42,921 nt of DNA, taken from positions 1 through 42,921 of the IMG/VR virus record IMGVR_UViG_3300033463_000305; one strand, given 5' to 3'. A program made the translations under genes and the position numbers. Shown here in pieces: positions 25,072-31,677 of the stretch (the stretch's first letter is position 1; each line of letters begins with the position of its first letter). The notes beneath the pieces are model-generated. The model did no database searches. It was not told where the DNA came from and worked only from the letters and a program-made list of their open reading frames with translations. The stretch comes from a virus.

Positions 25072-26561
25072 TTCTCCGCCATCCGCGCCCGGTCCTCCGG
25101 GCCCGCGGCGTAGTAGTCCTCCAGCATGTCCTCCGTCCATTCCCGCTTCATCGGCGCGGCCTCCGCCTCCACCGTCATCCGCTGCTGCGGCCGGATGTAC
25201 CAGGCGATGGCCAGCGCCATCACGCAGTCGTCGTGCGCCCCCGGCTCCGCCGCCGGCCGCATCTTTTCATCCCGCACAAAGGTGAGCATCTCCTCCAGGG
25301 TCGGGCGGTGGTTTACGCTCCCCAGGGCCTCCCGCATGGCCTCCACCAGCCCGGAGATCATCACGGGCCGGGTCACCGCCGTGGTCCGCACGCCGTAGGC
25401 CTGCCGGATCGCCCCCGTGAAGGTATCCTCCGCCTCCCGGACGTACTGCCGCGGGTACCCCAGCTCCTCCAGCCGCTTTGTGGGGTAGGAGGAGAAGTTG
25501 GCCTCAATGCCGATGAGCGCGTCGTTGTAGTACCGCCCCAGGCAGTACGCCTGCTTGGCGTAGGTGTCCTCGTCGTATTGGTGCCGCAGCACCGCCACCT
25601 GTGCCCCTGTGCGGTTGTCCAGCACCTGGGCAACGAACCAGTCCGACCCGGCCCCCGCGGTGTCCCCGCCGATCACGTAGGGCACACCGTCCTCCGGCTC
25701 CCGGAAGATCTGGATGGGCCCGCCCTCCTCTGTCTGCCACGCCCATTCCGTGATCCGCGCCCGGGGATCCTCCGCCGTCCCCGGGGCCTCCCGGTAGGTG
25801 AAGAACCCCTCCCGCTCCGGCGCGGGGATCTGCTGCAAGCGCTCCCCCACCGCCTGGGCGTTGAAGATCGTCTTCCCCGTGACCCCCCACTCCCCCAGGC
25901 AGTACACCTGGTAATAGTATGGGTCCGTGTCCCGGAATCCCTCCAGGGTGGCGATTGCCTCTGCGTCAAGGAATCGGTTGTCCTTGTATGTGCTCCGGTG
26001 CGTCCGCGCCCGGGGGTCCGGCTCATCGAAGAACCGCCGCTTCAGCCAGTGGGTGATGCTGATGGGGTTAAAGCTGAGAATGATCTGTTTATAGTACCGG
26101 GTCTCCCCCCGGAGGCGGATATCGAGCTGATTGAAATCGGCCTCGGTGAGCTCGGACGCCTCCTCGATCCAGATGCCCGTGATGTTGTAGATACTCTTCA
26201 GCTTCTCCACATCGTCCAGCCCAGCGAAAAGGATGAGGCTGCCGTTGGGAAAGCGTATCTCCAGCTCCCCGGAGAGTATCCGCGCCCCTGCGTCCGGGTA
26301 ATGCTCCGCGATCTGGCCACGGAGCTGGGCAAAGCAGGAGTCCGCCAGGGTCCGGGCCACCTTCCGGCACACCAGCCAGCGGTGCCCGGGCTCACTCGTC
26401 ACACGCTCCAGGACCTTCCGCCCGGCGAAAATGCTCTTGCCGGACCCGCCACCCCCGCAGAGGACCAAATATCGGTGGTCGTCCTCGTATAGTCTCCAAA
26501 ATGCCGTGTTAGTGGACGCCCGCAGAGCCACCCAGCGGCGCATGATCTCCGCATCACTCAT
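25053..26561 (-). CDS. terL: Terminase large subunit
   Basis: 502 aa with Walker A LCGGGGSGKS near the N-terminus and acidic nuclease-half motifs. It follows the small subunit with an 8-nt overlap. Confidence 0.9.
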   Translation of the reverse strand: MSDAEIMRRWVALRASTNTAFWRLYEDDHRYLVLCGGGGSGKSIFAGRKVLERVTSEPGHRWLVCRKVARTLADSCFAQLRGQIAEHYPDAGARILSGELEIRFPNGSLILFAGLDDVEKLKSIYNITGIWIEEASELTEADFNQLDIRLRGETRYYKQIILSFNPISITHWLKRRFFDEPDPRARTHRSTYKDNRFLDAEAIATLEGFRDTDPYYYQVYCLGEWGVTGKTIFNAQAVGERLQQIPAPEREGFFTYREAPGTAEDPRARITEWAWQTEEGGPIQIFREPEDGVPYVIGGDTAGAGSDWFVAQVLDNRTGAQVAVLRHQYDEDTYAKQAYCLGRYYNDALIGIEANFSSYPTKRLEELGYPRQYVREAEDTFTGAIRQAYGVRTTAVTRPVMISGLVEAMREALGSVNHRPTLEEMLTFVRDEKMRPAAEPGAHDDCVMALAIAWYIRPQQRMTVEAEAAPMKREWTEDMLEDYYAAGPEDRARMAEKWGAPN

Positions 26562-26934
26562 CGGTCCCCAGGAGTTCCCGCGCCCTGGCCATCATCTCCG
26601 CTAGAGTGACGGGCTCCTCCTCCTGGTGTACGTCGGCCACAATCGGCTGCGCGGCCTTGCCCAACAGCCTGTCCAGCACAATCTCCGCCGCCCGGAGTTT
26701 GTCCCCTTGTCTGGCATCAGGATCGTCCAGGATTGCTTGGAGGGCGGACACCGCCTTGTCGCCCAGCGGCAGGAGCGCGTCCTTGAGATTGGACGGGAGT
26801 TTCGGCCTCCCGTTTCCCGCGTTGTTGCCCTTTGTAAACCGCCCCGTCTTGGCGTCGCGTTTGCCGTTAAAGGGCCGTTTATTCGGCGCAGGAGCAGAGG
26901 CGGCAACTCCGCCGCTCTTATCGTCCAGCATCAT
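26554..26934 (-). CDS. terS: Terminase small subunit (putative)
   Basis: GGAGG lies 5 nt upstream of the ATG at 26934. The basic motif GRFTKGNNAGNGRPK is typical of small-terminase-like proteins. It is the first gene after the late promoter. Confidence 0.6.
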   Translation of the reverse strand: MMLDDKSGGVAASAPAPNKRPFNGKRDAKTGRFTKGNNAGNGRPKLPSNLKDALLPLGDKAVSALQAILDDPDARQGDKLRAAEIVLDRLLGKAAQPIVADVHQEEEPVTLAEMMARARELLGTDE

Positions 26935-26982
26935 CACCGCCTCCTATCTGTAATGTTACATACGTTCCACTCATCCGATATG

Positions 26983-27011
26983 ATTATATCGAACAGATGT
27001 TCGCTTGTCAA
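26983..27011 (-). promoter_or_regulatory. Consensus sigma-A/sigma-70 promoter for the packaging/virion operon
   Basis: The - strand reads TTGACA (27011-27006), a 17-nt spacer, then TATAAT (26988-26983). It lies ~45 nt upstream of terS in the only sizeable gap between the early and late genes. Confidence 0.7.
26990..27003. promoter_or_regulatory. LexA (Cheo/SOS) box inside the promoter spacer
   Basis: CGAACAGATGTTCG is a perfect CGAAC-N4-GTTCG palindrome. It fits the Bacillus-type consensus CGAACRNRYGTTYC at 13 of 14 positions. Confidence 0.6.
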
Positions 27012-27053
27012 CGGCCGGCAACGTGGTCTGGTCGGCTCCGCATTCCGGGCACC

Positions 27054-27959
27054 TCATGATCTCCTCCTATACTCAGCATATGAGCAGGCCTTAAATACGC
27101 TCTTTCGGTTTACCCACCGCGCAAAGCTGATTTGCTCGGCGCTCGGGTATCCTCCATCATAATCCCGGTATGGCTGTGCAAACGGCTGTACCCCCATTGC
27201 GTCCAGGGCCAAAGCCCGCCGCTCCGCCTCCTCCACGTCCTGGACAAGCATATAGGCCCAAAACCTCGACGGCGCGATGCCTGCCTCTTTCATGTACGCG
27301 GTGGCCTGCTCGATCACGGGGAGCATTTCCTCGGTGTCGCATGACAGGCGGACAAACCTGATCCAATGCAATCTGGACAGGAGCGCCGCGTTTTCCGGGG
27401 TGATGAGGCGGGCGTCCAATCCCTGGTTGAAATCCACCCAGACGGCCTCGCCGCCCATGTCCTCGATCTGCCGAATGCCGTGGTCACAGGCCAGGACGTT
27501 GTTGTCCATGAAAACGATGTTTCGGCTGTCCGGGCGCTTGATGTCCCGCCAGGTGGCCGCCGGCCTGATCTTGCCCTCCTTTTTCGGGACGATGCACCAC
27601 GGGCAGGCCCTGATGCAGCCGCGGGTCAAAAATCCGATGGCGTAATCCACGCCGGGGTATATCGAATAGTCCGGGGGTGTGACCTCAATCTCAGGCGGAA
27701 GGCTGCCGTAGTCCTTGTACCCGGTGCCGCCCCTGATGATTTCGTCGGCATAAATCACGGTGTCGATGTCCGGGGAAAACGTGAAAACCTTGCTCATGTA
27801 GACCCGGTCGTAACGGTTGAAGCCGATCCACCATTCCACGGCGTCTCCCTGGGCCTTGTGCCATGCCGCGATCCGCATGAGGGCCAAATTCGGGAACGTG
27901 TCGCCGCGGCGCCGGTACCTGGCGTGGTAGCCGTCCACGTCAATCAGGCCGATCTTCAT
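27054..27959 (-). CDS. Radical SAM enzyme (phage family, function unknown)
   Basis: 301 aa with the CxxxCxxC cluster motif GCIRACPWC (nt 27594-27617). The N-terminal MKIGLIDVDG...FPNLALMRIAAWHK pattern is recalled from phage radical SAM proteins. Confidence 0.75.
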   Translation of the reverse strand: MKIGLIDVDGYHARYRRRGDTFPNLALMRIAAWHKAQGDAVEWWIGFNRYDRVYMSKVFTFSPDIDTVIYADEIIRGGTGYKDYGSLPPEIEVTPPDYSIYPGVDYAIGFLTRGCIRACPWCIVPKKEGKIRPAATWRDIKRPDSRNIVFMDNNVLACDHGIRQIEDMGGEAVWVDFNQGLDARLITPENAALLSRLHWIRFVRLSCDTEEMLPVIEQATAYMKEAGIAPSRFWAYMLVQDVEEAERRALALDAMGVQPFAQPYRDYDGGYPSAEQISFARWVNRKSVFKACSYAEYRRRS

Positions 27960-28914
27960 TCCGTCCCTCTTTCCTGCCCAAAGTCTTTCCCCATCGTTGC
28001 TTATATTCCTTCGGCGGTGTTCTCCTGGGAAACAGGGTTAGCTGCTCATGCTGGTGTCTCTCCCGGTACCGTGGCCCATCCCAGGATGGCTTGCCGCACT
28101 TGGCGGCCTCCAGTTCCCACCCCGCAGCTTTCAGGCTTGTCCCCGGCTCACTTTCCAGGATGAAGGTGATGATTCTGCTGTACCCTTCCTTTCGCGCTCT
28201 CCTGGCCGCCGCCCCGTAGAGGCATGAGCAAGCGTTCCGTGTCCCGTCGCTGCATAGCCTGGTAATCTCCAGTGTGTGTCCGTCGTCCAATCTCCTGCCT
28301 ACCGGGCGGCCAACGATGCACACGCCACATAGCTCCCCGTTTTTATAGGCTCCCAGGCTCCACTTGTGCCCACGCGCCGCGTCATGGTGCCGGTGGTACT
28401 GGATGACGAAGGCATTAGCCTCATGCAGAGAGATTTCCTGAACCTTCATTTTTCCATTTCCTCCATCGTCATCTGCTCCATTGATCCTCATGGCTCGAAG
28501 CCCTCCATGACGATCTGCAATTACCGTCCGTTGCCCTGCCGGATCATACCTCTCTCCGATGCCCCGACCATACGGGGGATTGCACCACACCACTTCACCC
28601 GCCCAGGGTTGGGCCAGACCATCATCTTCCGGGGAAAAGTATCTGGTGCACTTCGCATTGCTCTCTGTGGCGCAGGCGTCCAGGGAAAAGTGGAATATGG
28701 CGTCCAGCCGGTTGAATAGCTCCGGTGGCGTCTCCCAATCCTGCCGGATGCTCGTCAACATACCTTTGTTCACGGGTAATACCTCCTCCTCCGGCTCCGG
28801 CTTGCCCTCCAGGCGGCACTCCGCAGCACTCGCCGGGGAACAGCAGATTACGATAATCACGATCACGACTAGGCAGATAATCATGAGGCCAGTCCACGGG
28901 TTATCATCCATCAT
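27940..28914 (-). CDS. Composite ORF: TM peptide + N-terminal fragment of Dam-type N6-adenine methyltransferase + GNAT-fold (XF1762/Mom-like) module
   Basis: 324 aa in one frame. Residues 7-25 are hydrophobic. Residues 52-120 (DWETPPELF..SLDACA..NPPYGRGIG) match the front half of phage Dam enzymes only. Residues 156-324 start at their own ATG (28449) behind GGAGGAAATGGAAAA and carry HEANAFVIQYHRHH..GVCIVGRPVGRRLDDGHTLEITRLC..NACSCLYG. Confidence 0.65.
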   Translation of the reverse strand: MMDDNPWTGLMIICLVVIVIIVICCSPASAAECRLEGKPEPEEEVLPVNKGMLTSIRQDWETPPELFNRLDAIFHFSLDACATESNAKCTRYFSPEDDGLAQPWAGEVVWCNPPYGRGIGERYDPAGQRTVIADRHGGLRAMRINGADDDGGNGKMKVQEISLHEANAFVIQYHRHHDAARGHKWSLGAYKNGELCGVCIVGRPVGRRLDDGHTLEITRLCSDGTRNACSCLYGAAARRARKEGYSRIITFILESEPGTSLKAAGWELEAAKCGKPSWDGPRYRERHQHEQLTLFPRRTPPKEYKQRWGKTLGRKEGRNEDRPD

Positions 28915-29095
28915 CGTTTGTGTCGCCTCCGTCAGCGTACATCTTTCTGCCGCCGCATTTTCGCCATATATTCATCATATTGTCCATCCACAGCATACTG
29001 TCCAGATCTGGATTGTCTTTCACGCAGCGGATGAAGCTAAGCTCCAGAAAGTCAAGCAGAGATTCCGCTTCTCCTTCCGTCAGTTCAACTTTCAC
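28904..29095 (-). CDS. Small hypothetical protein (63 aa)
   Basis: The GTG start at 29095 overlaps the upstream stop (GTGA). The protein is acidic and helical. Confidence 0.45.
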   Translation of the reverse strand: MKVELTEGEAESLLDFLELSFIRCVKDNPDLDSMLWMDNMMNIWRKCGGRKMYADGGDTNDDG

Positions 29096-29460
29096 GTCTC
29101 TACCTCCTGCCTCAGCCAGTCGCGGATGCACTCGTTACAGTCACCGTATTGACTGCACCACGCCCCCCCGTCCTCATCTTGGATGGTTACACACAGGCTT
29201 GCGTGTCCAATGTACGCCGCCAGTTCCTCGTCCGTCATGGCCCGGATGTTGTCAGCTCGTGAGATAGCTCTGCGCTTGTGGTCTTTTCCGCTCGGATAAA
29301 CGGTCATTCCCGCCACCGTCATGTCCTTCACTTGGTTGAAATGGAAAGCATCCAGGGCGCGGTCTGCATCCCGGCATCCCAGTTCTCCGTTGATGACGAT
29401 GGAGGTAAACCCGGCGCGGCATCCGTAATCGCCGTATGCCTCACAACTTTTGCACTTCAC
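29092..29460 (-). CDS. Cys-rich hypothetical phage protein (122 aa)
   Basis: The GTG start overlaps the upstream stop. It contains CKSCEAYGDYGC and C-terminal CSQYGDCNEC motifs. Confidence 0.55.
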   Translation of the reverse strand: MKCKSCEAYGDYGCRAGFTSIVINGELGCRDADRALDAFHFNQVKDMTVAGMTVYPSGKDHKRRAISRADNIRAMTDEELAAYIGHASLCVTIQDEDGGAWCSQYGDCNECIRDWLRQEVET

Positions 29461-29786
29461 GCCTCTACCTCCTTTCGGTCAGCGGGGATGATGGTGGGAG
29501 CCATAGCCAGCTCATACGCCGAAATCCACCGTTCGCCGTCGTGCATCATAACCGTTGGTACGCTTTCTTCCATCGGCAATACATCCGCATCTATCAGCCT
29601 ACCATGTGACGGGACGGGGACAAGAGGACACTCGCTATGCAACCTTTTTTCTCTAATAGCATTGGTATATTCTGCCCACAACGCAGGTACACTCGGCAAA
29701 ACTTCACAATGCAAGCTATCACCCAACGGGCAATCCTCACAGCTTGTCGGCATCTCCATGTTTGGTATATAAACTCCCATGCTCAT
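29457..29786 (-). CDS. Hypothetical phage protein (MGVYIPNMEMPTSCEDCPL family)
   Basis: The ATG at 29786 overlaps the Lar-like stop, and an alternative ATG at 29780 has better RBS spacing. The N-terminal motif is recalled as recurrent in phage early regions. Confidence 0.55.
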   Translation of the reverse strand: MSMGVYIPNMEMPTSCEDCPLGDSLHCEVLPSVPALWAEYTNAIREKRLHSECPLVPVPSHGRLIDADVLPMEESVPTVMMHDGERWISAYELAMAPTIIPADRKEVEA

Positions 29787-30007
29787 TCCTCCAAAAACTG
29801 TTTCATCGGCTGATGATTCCATGATCTGATTGCTTTCCACGGTTCTTCATAGGCGTCAGTCCGATGCCCGCACTTTCTACACCAGATGTATGTGCCGAAC
29901 GAATGCCCCGTGGGGATGCCACAAAGGAAGTGCTCAAACCCTTCTCCGATCCGTTCCACGCCTTCGCCTCCGCATTTCTCACACGGCTGCAAATCAAACT
30001 CACTCAT
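29783..30007 (-). CDS. Lar-like zinc-ribbon protein (putative restriction alleviation)
   Basis: 74 aa. LQPCEKCGGEG...WCRKCGHRTDAYEEPWKAIRSWN matches the CxxCG..CxxCG..A..WN layout of Lar-family proteins. Confidence 0.5.
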   Translation of the reverse strand: MSEFDLQPCEKCGGEGVERIGEGFEHFLCGIPTGHSFGTYIWCRKCGHRTDAYEEPWKAIRSWNHQPMKQFLEE

Positions 30008-30294
30008 GCTTCCTCCTTCGGTGGCTTCCTTCTGTATTCGCGCATCTTTTTGGCGAACAATCTGGTCTCCTCCTCCGTCAGGCCGACACAGGTATTCCCC
30101 ACGCCCTTCATGTCAAGGAGATTCTTGTCATAGCTCTGCATGATTGCTGGTCCGTGCTTCTTTTGCAGGATGCACACAGTCTGAACATAGGCAGCGCCTT
30201 TATGCTCCCGCTCATACACGACGGCGTACCGGCTTTCTTCGTTTTTGACGAAGCCCAGCTTCGCCAGCTTTTTGTCTGTCCTTGTGATTTTCAT
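30004..30294 (-). CDS. Hypothetical protein (96 aa)
   Basis: There is a TAATG overlap upstream and an ATGA overlap downstream. No family was recognised. Confidence 0.5.
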   Translation of the reverse strand: MKITRTDKKLAKLGFVKNEESRYAVVYEREHKGAAYVQTVCILQKKHGPAIMQSYDKNLLDMKGVGNTCVGLTEEETRLFAKKMREYRRKPPKEEA

Positions 30295-31082
30295 TATGTT
30301 TCCTCCTTCGGCGGCTCCGCCTGCTTATACGCTGCCTCCAGATGCCGGATCACCTCGCCGCCATACGCATTACGCGTTAGCTCAATAAACTCCTCCACCG
30401 TGCGGGTTTCGGCGTCCACGTTTATCCCGTGGTCTCGCGCAAACTGAGCGCGGCCCATATCACACGATCCCGTGAGCCGATGATGCCAGTCGTACAGATC
30501 TCGGCATGGGTATTTCACCCCAAGCAGATGCGCCTTGAAAAATGCATCAATCCGCTCCTCCTCCGACATATCCTCAAACAGCTTTTCCCGGAGCGCAGAC
30601 ATCGCACCCGCCAAAGTCTCCCCGTGGTCGAAGCACCGATCCTGCTTGACGATAAAACACGGCGTTGTGGTCAGGTCGGAGTTGACGATCTCTCCCTTCG
30701 CCACATTACCCCGGACAGAACGGATGATGGTCTCGATGTCATCAACCCGACAAACGTTTTTACCACAAAAGGATTTTAAGCCGGAGCCGTAGCCGTCGCC
30801 GTAGCCGGAGCCGTCGCCGTCGCCGTAGCCGGAGCCGTCGCCGTAGCCGTCGCCGGAGCCGGAGCCGTCGCCGTCGCCGGAGCCGTAGCCGTAGCCGGAG
30901 CCGTAGCCGTAGCCGTCGCCGTCGCCGTCGCCGTAGCCGTAGCCGGAGCCGTAGCCGTCGCCGTCGCCGTCGCCGTAGCCGTCGCCGTAGCCGTAGCCGT
31001 CGCCGTCGCCGTAGCCGTCGCCGGAGCCGGAGCCGTCGCCGGGATCAAAAAACGCTTTGATCCTCTTGTTCAGGCTCTCCAT
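30294..31082 (-). CDS. Protein with ~90-residue (D/Y/S)-Gly dipeptide repeat N-terminal region and a conserved C-terminal domain
   Basis: 262 aa. Residues ~13-101 read GDGSGSGDGYGDGDGYGYGDGYG.... The C-terminal CGKNVCRVDDIETIIRSVRGNVAKGEIVN.. domain is recalled from other phages with similar Gly-Tyr repeats. Confidence 0.65.
   Translation of the reverse strand: MESLNKRIKAFFDPGDGSGSGDGYGDGDGYGYGDGYGDGDGDGYGSGYGYGDGDGDGYGYGSGYGYGSGDGDGSGSGDGYGDGSGYGDGDGSGYGDGYGSGLKSFCGKNVCRVDDIETIIRSVRGNVAKGEIVNSDLTTTPCFIVKQDRCFDHGETLAGAMSALREKLFEDMSEEERIDAFFKAHLLGVKYPCRDLYDWHHRLTGSCDMGRAQFARDHGINVDAETRTVEEFIELTRNAYGGEVIRHLEAAYKQAEPPKEET
30781..31040. repeat. Hexanucleotide-type coding microsatellite (GCC-GTM / GCC-GGA units)
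   Basis: About 260 nt are built from the units gccgta, gccgtc and gccgga. On the coding strand every second codon is GGC. Confidence 0.9.
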
Positions 31083-31360
31083 TCCATCACCCCCAAGATG
31101 CAGGACGCCGCTTTGTCAGTGCATGGGATGATCTCGATCACGCCCAGGATCGTCATTTCTGGCACGGTGACGGTGAATTTGCAGTCGTGCGGCTTGGAGA
31201 CGCCGTCTACTGCCATCTGAGACAGGCTTGCTGCCCCGGCCCAGTACCACAGGCGGCGAACGTCGGTCATGGTGACCTCGTCGCCTGTGCGTTCATGAAT
31301 GTGGCCGAAAAATACTCCGGCGCGATTTGCCCTCACGATGTAATACTTATTGCAATCCAT
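31070..31360 (-). CDS. Conserved hypothetical phage protein (96 aa)
   Basis: AAGGAGAAAAAACA precedes the ATG. The motif YYIVRANRAGVFFG...RRLWYWAGAASLSQMA is recalled from many phage genomes. Confidence 0.55.
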   Translation of the reverse strand: MDCNKYYIVRANRAGVFFGHIHERTGDEVTMTDVRRLWYWAGAASLSQMAVDGVSKPHDCKFTVTVPEMTILGVIEIIPCTDKAASCILGVMEWRA

Positions 31361-31527
31361 TGTTTTTTCTCCTTTCAGTTATTGTCTTGGTTTTCATCCT
31401 TCGGCGGCTCCGGGGCAATGCCCACCAGCGCCTCGTACATGGCGCTCTTCTCAACGCCACAGTTATAGAGTTCCACAGCTCGGTCAATGCGCTTGCTCAG
31501 CTTCTCAATGGCAGATGTACTCCCCGC

Positions 31528-31677
31528 TCATAGCGCACTCACCACCAGCGCCACCGTCAGCACGATCAGCGCCAGCGGCCCCACGGCGGCCAGGATGTCC
31601 GCCGCGTCCATCCAGGTGTCCGCGTCGTCCCACCACTCGCGCACCTTGGAGTGGCGGCGCTTAAATATCTTTTTCAC
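31528..31677 (-). CDS. Small membrane protein (49 aa)
   Basis: The GTG at 31677 overlaps the upstream stop and lies behind GGGAGG. It has a C-terminal TM helix ILAAVGPLALIVLTVALVVSAL. Confidence 0.4.
   Translation of the reverse strand: MKKIFKRRHSKVREWWDDADTWMDAADILAAVGPLALIVLTVALVVSAL

Noticed and set aside
26938-27053. A cos or pac site, or a terminator, in the early/late intergenic gap
   Set aside because: Apart from the promoter and LexA box, only weak CCGG-containing pairings are visible. Nothing supports a specific packaging site or an intrinsic terminator from sequence alone.
30776-31048. 90-aa ORF reading (ATATAT..PAT) and the apparent CRISPR-like regularity of this stretch
   Set aside because: It is an alternative frame of the hexanucleotide coding microsatellite of gene 30294..31082. 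The period is 6 nt with no spacers, so it is neither a separate gene nor a CRISPR array.
31375-31521. About 48-codon open frame (..IEKLSKRIDRAVELYNCGVEKSAMYEALVGIAPEPPKDENQDNN) in the gap between 31528 and 31360
   Set aside because: The frame is open and looks protein-like, but it has no ATG, and no GTG or TTG with an RBS, near its 5' end. It was therefore not called. It could be a gene with an atypical start or a decayed gene.
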